Positions 56,232 through 64,000 of a stretch of DNA of 64,000 bases are shown here, piece by piece (the stretch's first letter is position 1; each line of letters begins with the position of its first letter). A model generated the notes under the pieces. The model saw only the letters and a program-made list of their open reading frames with translations. It had not been told where the DNA came from and did not search any database. This DNA is from a bacterium (GTDB taxonomy: Bacteria > JAJVIF01): positions 273,353 through 337,352 of the forward strand of contig JAJVIF010000001.1 of assembly GCA_022072165.1 (NCBI GenBank), written 5' to 3'. The position numbers were made by a program, and so were the translations under genes.

Positions 56232-56561
56232 CGCCGCTACGAGCAATGGCAAAGGCAGCGTCGCGAGGACAAAGACCACAGTCGACACCGGAAAGCTTGG
56301 GTTGTTGGCCGCCAGATACCAGCCTGCCAACCCCAATCCCAGGATCAGCGCGCTCAGTGCCCCAGCGGTCGGCCAGCGCCACAGGAGCCAGGCCTGCACG
56401 ACCACACCCGCAACAACTGCCGCGGGGTAGATCAATTGCTCCAGAGGCGGGACCGGATTCATACTGCTGGCGATGGCGAAGAAGCTCCACCAGGCAGCCC
56501 AGAGCAGGATGATGCCCCGGGCGATGACCAGTGGTCCAGGAGTTCGGACAAGAGATGTCAT
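56175..56561 (-). CDS. Hypothetical 4-TM membrane protein
   Basis: Start at MTSLVRTPGPLVIARGIILLWAAWW. 3' end overlaps the DUF72 3' end by about 57 bp (convergent). Moderate support only. Confidence 0.4.
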   Translation of the reverse strand: MTSLVRTPGPLVIARGIILLWAAWWSFFAIASSMNPVPPLEQLIYPAAVVAGVVVQAWLLWRWPTAGALSALILGLGLAGWYLAANNPSFPVSTVVFVLATLPLPLLVAASLVWWSRRSPSPAVHPGQ

Positions 56562-56610
56562 AAGGATAGTGTATCTGCCATCTGGACCTGGTGCACGACC
56601 CGGCGAGGCT

Positions 56611-57540
56611 CTACGCTGCTGCCGCCTGAGTCGTCCGGGTTCCCCGGGCCATCGCGCTCGCGGCTTGGACCGCTTTCGCGACCGCGGCAGTGCTCCTTTT
56701 AGTCCGCAGGCCCCGCAGGGTCGCCAGGTTGGTGACGTCCATGTTGTCGACTTTAGGGGTCTCCAGACACATCGGGACGTCAAAAAACCGGGCATCGTTC
56801 ACCAAAAAGCGAAACGCCTCCAGGCCAACAAATCCCTGACCGATATGCTCGTGGCGATCCACCCGGGAGCAGCAATCCTTCTTGGAGTCGTTCATGTGAA
56901 AGACCCGGATCCTGTTGATACCGATCAGCCGGTCGAAGTCCGCCATCGTGGTGGCATACCCCTCAGCCGTACGGAAGTCGTAGCCACCCGCCAATGCGTG
57001 ACAGGTATCGAAGCAACAACCGAATCGCTCCGGCTCCTTCACCCCCTCGAGAATCGCACCGATGTGCTCGAAGCGATACCCCAGATTCGAGCCCTGCCCG
57101 GCGGTGTTCTCGATCAGGATCTGGGTCGGATTTCCCTCGGTCGCCTCTAAAATGCGATTGAACGCAGCAATGATCCGCTGGATGCCGAAATCTTCACCTT
57201 CGCCCACATGCGCGCCGGGGTGCATCACGAGGTAGGGGATGCGCAGTTGCTCCGCCCGGTGCATCTCCTCGACAAACGCCGCGATGCTCTTTTCCCACAA
57301 CTCATCTTTGGGCGATCCCAGGTTGATGAGGTAGGAATCGTGAATTACCGCCTGCCAGACATCTGACTTCTCCCAGGCATCAAGCCACTTCTTAATGGTG
57401 GTGTCTTCCAGCGGACGCGCGTTCCATTGGTTGTTGTTCTTGCTGAACAGCTGGAGCACCTGCGCCCCGACCGCTGTGGCCTCCGTGATGGCATTTTGAG
57501 GACCGCCAGCAGCGGACATGTGGGCACCGAGGTTATCCAT
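56611..57540 (-). CDS. nfo: Deoxyribonuclease IV (endonuclease IV, AP endonuclease family 2)
   Basis: 'LGAHMSAAGG', 'HDSYLINLGSP', 'MHPGAHVG', and 'ETPKVDNMDVTNL'-type TIM-barrel AP-endonuclease motifs. Start at MDNLGAH. Confidence 0.85.
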   Translation of the reverse strand: MDNLGAHMSAAGGPQNAITEATAVGAQVLQLFSKNNNQWNARPLEDTTIKKWLDAWEKSDVWQAVIHDSYLINLGSPKDELWEKSIAAFVEEMHRAEQLRIPYLVMHPGAHVGEGEDFGIQRIIAAFNRILEATEGNPTQILIENTAGQGSNLGYRFEHIGAILEGVKEPERFGCCFDTCHALAGGYDFRTAEGYATTMADFDRLIGINRIRVFHMNDSKKDCCSRVDRHEHIGQGFVGLEAFRFLVNDARFFDVPMCLETPKVDNMDVTNLATLRGLRTKRSTAAVAKAVQAASAMARGTRTTQAAAA

Positions 57541-57685
57541 GGATGTGCGGGCTCCCTGCAGTTGACATACTGGCATCTTACCCGGCCTTCGATTCACACA
57601 GCGGGCGTTCAGTCCCCGGTGAAACCCGGATATTATTACCGGGGGGGAACTCTCATCCGGAGAGTCTCTGCCGCCACCAGTCGCT

Positions 57686-58261
57686 ATGGATATCCGCATC
57701 TCCACCGGTCTGAATCCGCGCCCCCTGACACCCCGTCAGGAACAGCAGGCACGCCTCGACCGCTGGCGGGCAGGTGCGTCGGATTTGGCGCAGGCTCCGC
57801 AGCCCGTTGCGCCCGCAGCGAGCAGCGCGCCTCCGCAGAGTGTACCGTCCAATCCGGACCCCTTCCCGTATGTCCAGATTCCGTTCGGGGGCTATCAGGA
57901 AGCGGACCCGGCGCAGGCTTTGCGACGGAGTCGGCAGGCAGCCGCGCAGGAGGATTCTCCGGAAATCCCGTTCCGTCGACCCAGCGAAATGGACGACACG
58001 GCCGCTGCCAAAGAAATCAGCCGTGCCTTGAGCGAGGCGATTGAGAGTGAAGCGCGTGAAGCCGACGCCCGGGCGGAAGCGGCCCGGGAAGCTGCGGCGG
58101 CTCTCGAAGCTGCCGCAGAAGCGCGTCGACCGCTCCAGGAACGCCAGACCGCAGCGCTCCGGGAACGGGTTCAGCAGTTGGGATCTCTGATGGAACTGGT
58201 GGTGGGCCGCTACGGTATGCCCCCTGGTCCGGCCTCGCCGGACACCTCGCGTCAGGCATAA
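57686..58261 (+). CDS. Hypothetical Ala/Glu/Arg-rich protein
   Basis: Low-complexity 'EAREADARAEAAREAAAALEAAAEARR' helix. No family assignment. Confidence 0.35.
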   Translation: MDIRISTGLNPRPLTPRQEQQARLDRWRAGASDLAQAPQPVAPAASSAPPQSVPSNPDPFPYVQIPFGGYQEADPAQALRRSRQAAAQEDSPEIPFRRPSEMDDTAAAKEISRALSEAIESEAREADARAEAAREAAAALEAAAEARRPLQERQTAALRERVQQLGSLMELVVGRYGMPPGPASPDTSRQA

Positions 58262-58346
58262 AGCCCACACAAAGGCTGGTGATATACTCGCTTCGCGCTC
58301 CCAGCTTCCATGCCGGAATCCATGCGCACGTCCGGAATACTGCCGC

Positions 58347-59090
58347 ATGCGGATCGGCTTCGTCTCCGACATCCACAGCAATCGCGCCGCTCTCGATGCC
58401 GCCCTCGCGGAGCTCGACAGCTACGGCATTGACACGCTCTATTGCATGGGCGACATCGTGGGTTACGGTCCGGAGCCAAACTACTGTCTGGAAGTGATCC
58501 GGGAGCGGGCGAGTGCGGTCGTGATGGGCAACCACGACTACGCGGTCCTGCATCTGGAATATGCTGAGCACTTCAACCCCTACGCCAAAGCTGCTGCCCA
58601 GTGGACCGCCGGGGAACTCTCCGAAGAGAATCTGGCGTTTCTCGGCAGTCTCGAAACCGTCCAGATGCGGGATGAGGTGACCCTGGTCCATGGGTCGCTC
58701 CGTAATGGGGGCAACTTCGAGGAGTATGTTCAGGAAGTCCCGCAGGCGAAGAAGAGCTTTGAAGAACTCCAGACGAAGCTCGTCTTTGTCGGACACACCC
58801 ACTACCCCGAGATTTACCTCTTCGATCCGGAGTCCCGTCAGGCGCGACATACCGGTCTGTACAGCTCCGGCTTCCTCTTCCTAGAAGAGGCCAGGCAGTA
58901 CTTCGTCAATATCGGCTCCACCGGCCAGCCCCGGGACGGGGATGCCCGGTCCAGTTGCTGCTTATATGACTCGGAGGAGGGAACCATCGAGATCATTCGC
59001 GTGGTGTATGACATCGATGACACCGCGCAGAAAATTCTCGCCGCCGGCCTTCCCGAGTTTCTCGCCCAGCGGCTCTATGTCGGCCGGTAG
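58347..59090 (+). CDS. Metallophosphoesterase (YfcE/MJ0936-like calcineurin-fold phosphodiesterase)
   Basis: 'RIGFVSDIHSN', 'GDIVGYGPEP', 'GNHD', 'GHTHYPE'. Confidence 0.8.
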   Translation: MRIGFVSDIHSNRAALDAALAELDSYGIDTLYCMGDIVGYGPEPNYCLEVIRERASAVVMGNHDYAVLHLEYAEHFNPYAKAAAQWTAGELSEENLAFLGSLETVQMRDEVTLVHGSLRNGGNFEEYVQEVPQAKKSFEELQTKLVFVGHTHYPEIYLFDPESRQARHTGLYSSGFLFLEEARQYFVNIGSTGQPRDGDARSSCCLYDSEEGTIEIIRVVYDIDDTAQKILAAGLPEFLAQRLYVGR

Positions 59091-59132
59091 CCCTTTTCCG
59101 ACCTCCCGTAGAGCCGGTAGAATCCCACCGCC

Positions 59133-59621
59133 ATGACCGCCGCCCAACAAGCCGTTTCGAACCTGTCAGCCATCCCCCTCATCCTGATGTCGGTGGTGCT
59201 GGGAGCCCTGGGACAGCTGACCATGAAGAACGGCTTCTCGATCCTCGCGAGCAAACAGCATCTTGCCGAACTGACCTACCTGCAGAAGCTTCCCCACATT
59301 TTCACCCAGCCCTTCGTGCTGGCTGGGCTCACTATGTATGTCATCGGGACCTTTGTCTGGTTTGCGGTGCTTCTGAAGGCAGAACTGTCGTTCGCCTATC
59401 CGTTCATTGCCCTGGCGTATGTCATCACCGTGATCGGCAGCTACTACCTCTTTGATGAGCACCTGAACATCTGGAAGATCGCCGCGCTGTGCCTGATCAT
59501 TTGTGGTGTCCTCTGTCTGGCCCGGGGAGCGCAGGTGGCGGCGCAACAGCAGGCGCAGGCCCGGGGACTGAAACCAGATCTCGCCGAGCAACCGGTCCTG
59601 GATACCCTGCCTCCTGTCTGA
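59133..59621 (+). CDS. SMR/EamA-like 4-TM small transporter (ArnE/ArnF-like flippase subunit family)
   Basis: Four TM helices, about 130 aa core, Glu in TM1-like helix context, plus a Gln/Ala-rich tail. Confidence 0.6.
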   Translation: MTAAQQAVSNLSAIPLILMSVVLGALGQLTMKNGFSILASKQHLAELTYLQKLPHIFTQPFVLAGLTMYVIGTFVWFAVLLKAELSFAYPFIALAYVITVIGSYYLFDEHLNIWKIAALCLIICGVLCLARGAQVAAQQQAQARGLKPDLAEQPVLDTLPPV

Positions 59622-59840
59622 CTGGCAGGTCAATCCCAGTTATGTCGCCTTGCCTGAACCTTTCTCGCTGGCTACTATCCTAGGGTTAGGCTTCCGCTCT
59701 CAGGCGGTGGCCTTTTGTGCGACCCGCGCTTCACGGGGGACTGGGCGACAGGCGTCCTGTCCCAACGGAAGCCTCTCGACTCTCAACTTTGCACGACTCG
59801 CGCCGGTGCTGACCGCACCGGCTCCCGTCCGGAGGTCGCG

Positions 59841-60980
59841 ATGATCGACGTCCGTCATATCACCAAGCGCTTCGGCCCCGCCGTCGCCGTGAACAACGTC
59901 ACCTTCAGCGTGGCGAGCGGGGAGGTCGTCGGCTTTCTTGGTCCCAACGGGGCCGGGAAATCCACGACGATGAAATGTATTACCTGCTACCTCGCGCCGG
60001 ACCAGGGAACCATCAAAGTCAACGGCTTCGATGTCTTTAAGCAGCCGCTGCAGGTCCGGCGGCAGATCGGCTACCTCCCGGAGTCCAACCCCCTCTATTA
60101 TGAGATGGGCGTCACCGACTACCTGGGATTTGTCGCCGACGTGCACGATGTGCCGGTCAACGAACGAAAGCGCCGCATCGAGAGCATCATCGACCGGGTC
60201 GGACTGACCCGGATGCGACACAAGGACATCGGCGAGCTCTCCAAGGGATACAAGCAGCGGGTGGGGCTCGCGCAGGCGATGGTCGCCGACCCGCCGGTCC
60301 TGATTCTGGATGAGCCCACGACCGGCCTCGACCCCAACCAGATTGTGGAAATCCGGGCACTGATTCGCGAGCTGGGGCAGGAAAAAAGCGTCATTTTGTC
60401 CACGCACATCCTGCCGGAAGTCCGGGTCACCTGTTCCCGCATCATCATCATTGCCGAGGGACGGGTCGTTGATGAAGGCACTCCGGAAGATCTGATTGAT
60501 CGCGCGAAGGGCGAGCAGATCTACACCGTCACGTTCGTGACCCCGGATGGGGACGCAGTCGACCGCGCACTGGCGGAGCATCCCCTGATCGCCTCGTATC
60601 GCCTCCTCGAGCTTCCGGTACCAGAGGCGGCCAAAGCGGCTGCTGCGACGACTGGCGAGGCCCCCGCGCTGGCGGGGGAAGAAGCCGAGCTCGCTGCCGC
60701 TAACGGGGAGTCCGATCCGGACACCCACACCGCAGATGAGTCGGCTCCGCTGGTCCCGGTGTCGCAGCCCGCATCGGGGGGAGCCCTGGCCGTGGCAGGC
60801 CCATCAGACCGGCAGCGGTACGAAATCATCGCCAGTGGTACGGATGACATCGGGATGGACCTGTTCGAAATGGCCGTCCGCCATGGCTGGCGCCTCTCAG
60901 AACTGACCCGCAAGGAAGTCTCGCTGGAGCAGGTCTTCCAAAAGCTCACCATCAAGGAGACCACCAGCCATGCTGCGTAG
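59841..60980 (+). CDS. ABC transporter ATP-binding protein, GldA-like, with long acidic C-terminal extension
   Basis: GGAGG RBS. Walker A 'GPNGAGKST', signature 'LSKGYKQRV', Walker B 'VLILDEPT'. About 130-aa Ala/Glu/Asp-rich C-terminal region. Confidence 0.8.
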   Translation: MIDVRHITKRFGPAVAVNNVTFSVASGEVVGFLGPNGAGKSTTMKCITCYLAPDQGTIKVNGFDVFKQPLQVRRQIGYLPESNPLYYEMGVTDYLGFVADVHDVPVNERKRRIESIIDRVGLTRMRHKDIGELSKGYKQRVGLAQAMVADPPVLILDEPTTGLDPNQIVEIRALIRELGQEKSVILSTHILPEVRVTCSRIIIIAEGRVVDEGTPEDLIDRAKGEQIYTVTFVTPDGDAVDRALAEHPLIASYRLLELPVPEAAKAAAATTGEAPALAGEEAELAAANGESDPDTHTADESAPLVPVSQPASGGALAVAGPSDRQRYEIIASGTDDIGMDLFEMAVRHGWRLSELTRKEVSLEQVFQKLTIKETTSHAA

Positions 60981-61695
60981 AACCGGGGCCATTTTCCGCA
61001 AAGAGTTTGGGGGGTATTTCAGTACGCCGGCGGGCTACATCTACCTCTTCCTCTTTCTCGTCATCTCCATGGGCTTCTTTTTCGGGGGCCAGGACTTCTT
61101 CACCCGGAATCAGGCAAGCATGCGGGGGTACTTCCTCTTCCTGCCGACCATGTTCCTCTTCTTTATCCCCGCAGTGGCGATGCGGCTTTGGGCGGAGGAG
61201 CGGGCCCGGGGCACCCAGGAAATTCTGCTAACACTCCCGGTTACGGATCTGGAAGTCATCGTTGGTAAGTTCCTGGCAGCGGTGGCCTTTATCGGGGTGG
61301 CGCTGGTGCTTTCGCTCTCCCTCCCCGTGACCCTGAGCTTTATCGGACGTCCCGACTGGGGTCCCATCATCGGTGGCTACCTTGGGGCGGTACTCATGGG
61401 GTCGGCCTTCCTCTCCATCGGCATCTACATGAGTGCTGTGAACTCCAACCAAATGATGGCCTTTCTGGGTGCGCTGGTGGTCTCCGCACTCTTCATGCTG
61501 GTGAGTGCCGAGTTCCTGACCCAGCATCTGCCGGAGAGCATCCGCCGATTCAGCCAGTACTTCGGCATGGGGTACCACTTCGCCAACATCGGTAAAGGGG
61601 TCGTGGACCTCCGGGATGTCCTTTACTACGTCTCTATCATCGTGTTCTTTCTCTTTATGACCGTCCGCGCGGTGCAGAGCCGCCGCTGGGCGTAA
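60970..61695 (+). CDS. ABC-2 family permease (GldF-like)
   Basis: 6-TM ABC-2 permease, with 11-bp overlap with the upstream ATPase. Confidence 0.75.
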   Translation: MLRRTGAIFRKEFGGYFSTPAGYIYLFLFLVISMGFFFGGQDFFTRNQASMRGYFLFLPTMFLFFIPAVAMRLWAEERARGTQEILLTLPVTDLEVIVGKFLAAVAFIGVALVLSLSLPVTLSFIGRPDWGPIIGGYLGAVLMGSAFLSIGIYMSAVNSNQMMAFLGALVVSALFMLVSAEFLTQHLPESIRRFSQYFGMGYHFANIGKGVVDLRDVLYYVSIIVFFLFMTVRAVQSRRWA

Positions 61696-61710
61696 CTGGA
61701 GGCACCCCCC

Positions 61711-64000
61711 ATGAACGCCAGACGCGTTGGCCTCGGAGCCTTCACCTTCATCGAAATCGGTGTGCTGCTCGCCGTCCTCATTGTTCTCAATGCGCTGGCG
61801 TGCAATAACACGGTCCGCTTCGACCTCACGGAGAACCGCGAGTACACCGTCTCACCCGCGACTCGCAAGGTCCTCAGCAGCCTCGATGAGATCGTCAATG
61901 TCCGGGCCTATCTCTCCGATGATCTTCCGGCGGACTATCTGCCCCTGCGGACCGAAATCTACGACCAGCTCCGGACTTTCGAGGAACTGGCGAACGACAA
62001 CTTCCGGCTCACCATCGTTGAGAAAATCGATCCCGCGAAAGAGATGCTCGACATCAAGGGTATCCAGCCGATCAACTTCACCGTCCGCAAGGAAGGGGAG
62101 TCCACTGAGAAGCGCGGCTTCATGGGGATTTTCCTGGAGCGGGTGAATAAGACCGATGCCCTGCCTGTGGTCCTCTCCACCGAAAGCCTGGAATACGACC
62201 TCATTTCGGCCATCGTCCGGCTCTCCAAGAAAGAATCCGACACCGGAAAAATCTCCATCACGCAGGGGAATGGCGAGCCGGATATGGAGTCCCCGGAGGG
62301 TGTGCAGCAGTTCGTAAAAGACCTGCGAGCCGCCAAGTACACGGTCTATCCCACGACGCTTGATGACAAAACCGAAATCCCCAGCACGGCCCGAACCCTG
62401 CTGGTGCAGTCGCCGACCAAACTGACTGACTTCGACAAGTACCAGATCGATCAGTTCCTCTTGCGAGGGGGCAATCTGGTCGTCACGATTGATCGCTGGG
62501 AACTGCCTCGCAACGAACAGGGACAGCCGGAACTCAACGGGAAGCCGACCATTCGCAATTTCGCCGCGGCAGACCTGCTGGAGTTCTACGGCGTCCGGGC
62601 AGAAGCCAAGGTCATCGGCGACCCCTCTTCGGAGGCAGCGCAGTACCAGACTGGACGCATCATCAACAACCATCCATATCCCCTCTGGATCCGGGTGAAT
62701 CAGAACAATCTTTCTGACAAAAACCCCGCCGTCAGTAAGCTGGAAGCGGTGGGATTCCCCTGGGCCAATCCTCTGCGGCTCATCGATGACAACATCAAGC
62801 AACATCCGGATGTCGAGGTCGACATCCTGGCGCAGTCGACCCCTGCCGCCTGGGCGGTCGCGCCTGATGATGATGAGTTCCGGGGCCTCGGTCCCTGGGA
62901 CTACAAAGACTTCGCCTCCATTCGTCCGGACAACGTGCAGTACCCGCTGGCGGTGGAACTCACCGGTACGTTTAAGAGCTTCTTTGCCGGAAAGCCTGAT
63001 CCGGTGGGCGAGCGAACGGTCTCGCAGGATCGCCCCCGCCTGGATCAATCGGAAAAGCCCGGGCGCATCATCGTGATCGGAACCGGGAAATGGCTCACCG
63101 GACCGGAACAGGTCGGCTGGTGGGCGCAGTTCCGCACCAACCAGATCTTCATGTACAACCTCATGGACTACCTGAATCTGGGCGATGAGCTCCTCGGGCT
63201 CCGGAGTCGCCAGATCAAAGTCCGTCCCCTGGAAAAGCAGTGGGTTCCTGAGAATCAGGTGAAGGAGCGTCGGCTGACCCCGCAGGATGAGAACACCATC
63301 ACGCTGCTGAACATCCTGCTCATGCCGGGCCTGTTGGTGCTGTTCGCCATGAGCGCCTTTACGCTGAAGGCCCGCCGCAAGCAGTCCTATGAGTCCCGTA
63401 TGCGCTCCGAACTCGCCCTGGACAGCCAGCTGACCGCAGCCGAACGGGCTGAAATGGCACTCTCTGCCGAAGATCGTGGCGGCTTCAGGCTGCCCCTCGG
63501 TTCCGTGGCTGCGCTGTTGCTCGCCTTTGCCGGGATTCTCGGCCTGGTCATGTGGCAGCTGAAAACCGAGCGGAGTCAGCGGGAAGCGATTCTGGGCGAA
63601 GAGGCCTCAGCCCTCTTCCCCGACTTCGCGAAGTCCGACATCGAGAAGATCGAAATCTGGGAGATTCTCGGCAAGTACGTCATCCAAAAGAGTGGTGATA
63701 ACTGGATGATCGGCCATGTCGGGTACACCCCCGACAAGTCGGAGGAGGAGCGGGGCGCGGCAATGCCCACCGACTTTGCCCTCGCCGACTCCCGCGCCAT
63801 TGAAGCCGTCCTGACCGGAACCGAGCAGATGCAGACCGGGGTGCTGATCACCCGCAATGATGTCAACGCGGTGCAGGCCTATGTTGGACGCATCGGTTCG
63901 GAGTACCGCATGTTCGACTCCAAGGGCCGACTGGTCGCGAAGTTCGTCGTGGGCAAGAACACCGATGACTTCACCGGTACCTACGTCCAGGTTCGTCCGC
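61711..64000 (+). CDS. GldG-like ABC-transport auxiliary protein fused to DUF4340-like C-terminal region (partial, runs off window)
   Basis: Translated manually in frame from ATG 61711: N-terminal TM 'FTFIEIGVLLAVLIVLNAL', a GldG-like periplasmic body, a second TM 'LLNILLMPGLLVLFAMSAF', then a further TM and domain. No stop before position 64000. Absent from the ORF track because it is open at the 3' end. Confidence 0.65.
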   Translation, partial: MNARRVGLGAFTFIEIGVLLAVLIVLNALACNNTVRFDLTENREYTVSPATRKVLSSLDEIVNVRAYLSDDLPADYLPLRTEIYDQLRTFEELANDNFRLTIVEKIDPAKEMLDIKGIQPINFTVRKEGESTEKRGFMGIFLERVNKTDALPVVLSTESLEYDLISAIVRLSKKESDTGKISITQGNGEPDMESPEGVQQFVKDLRAAKYTVYPTTLDDKTEIPSTARTLLVQSPTKLTDFDKYQIDQFLLRGGNLVVTIDRWELPRNEQGQPELNGKPTIRNFAAADLLEFYGVRAEAKVIGDPSSEAAQYQTGRIINNHPYPLWIRVNQNNLSDKNPAVSKLEAVGFPWANPLRLIDDNIKQHPDVEVDILAQSTPAAWAVAPDDDEFRGLGPWDYKDFASIRPDNVQYPLAVELTGTFKSFFAGKPDPVGERTVSQDRPRLDQSEKPGRIIVIGTGKWLTGPEQVGWWAQFRTNQIFMYNLMDYLNLGDELLGLRSRQIKVRPLEKQWVPENQVKERRLTPQDENTITLLNILLMPGLLVLFAMSAFTLKARRKQSYESRMRSELALDSQLTAAERAEMALSAEDRGGFRLPLGSVAALLLAFAGILGLVMWQLKTERSQREAILGEEASALFPDFAKSDIEKIEIWEILGKYVIQKSGDNWMIGHVGYTPDKSEEERGAAMPTDFALADSRAIEAVLTGTEQMQTGVLITRNDVNAVQAYVGRIGSEYRMFDSKGRLVAKFVVGKNTDDFTGTYVQVRP

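Noticed and set aside
57595-57640. Hairpin ccccggt...accgggg in the nfo upstream region
   Set aside because: Long 18-nt loop and no T-tract. Could be a regulatory structure, but the evidence is too weak to call.
59700-60728. 342-aa minus-strand ORF
   Set aside because: Antisense to the GldA-like ATPase.
61852-63048. 398-aa minus-strand ORF
   Set aside because: Antisense to the unlisted plus-strand GldG-like gene (frame starting at ATG 61711), which has TM helices and a family-like sequence.

Overview
This is a 64 kb segment of a high-GC (about 65%) bacterial chromosome, densely packed with housekeeping and cell-envelope genes; the organism is not identified. It contains no CRISPR array, no integrase or transposase, and no obvious defence island.

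**Main content, left to right:**
- A Tad/Flp pilus fragment at the left edge: a partial TadE-like pseudopilin plus four tandem Flp-pilin paralogs, with a rho-independent terminator after the most upstream one.
- A beta-CASP MBL ribonuclease, a tandem-domain universal stress protein and an M28 aminopeptidase.
- accC with a biotin-carrier (BCCP-like) protein, then uvrB on the opposite strand.
- An aroE operon carrying a C39-like peptidase and a lipoprotein.
- prs, followed by an unusual SMC-like coiled-coil membrane protein that lacks Walker A and is translationally coupled to yggS.
- A DedA-family protein, an arginase-family enzyme, and a pair of M16 peptidases (one catalytically active, one with a degenerate zinc motif).
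- A secreted Cys-rich protein with two YHS-like domains, next to a DegT-family aminotransferase.
- A DUF58 protein with two BatA-like VWA proteins, with no adjacent MoxR ATPase.
- A DUF3467 protein and a TauE/SafE exporter.
- An ABC ATPase translationally coupled to miaA, dapF and an LL-DAP aminotransferase (dapL).
- An approximately 800-aa lipoprotein with a C-terminal PD40 repeat (TolB-like beta-propeller).
- A glycan-assembly locus: an ArnC-like GT2, a second GT2, a GT4, a Wzx-type flippase carrying a roughly 330-aa PDZ-domain insertion, and a convergent GT2.
- gpsA, plsY, der and an HtrA-family protease.
- tRNA-Arg(CCG), tilS and ftsH.
- A DUF72 protein, endonuclease IV, a metallophosphoesterase and an ArnE-like small membrane transporter.
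- A GldA/GldF/GldG-like ABC system; the GldG-like protein is fused to a DUF4340-like C-terminal region and runs off the right edge of the window.

**Most notable observations:**
- The flippase-PDZ chimera at 41834-44251.
- Two short low-GC patches with foreign-looking codon usage inside otherwise high-GC genes, at 15273-15480 and 41143-41260.
- The Walker-A-less SMC-like protein at 14046-15593.
- The double-YHS Cys-repeat secreted protein at 21503-22279.

Many long ORFs in the six-frame track are antisense artefacts of high GC content and were rejected.
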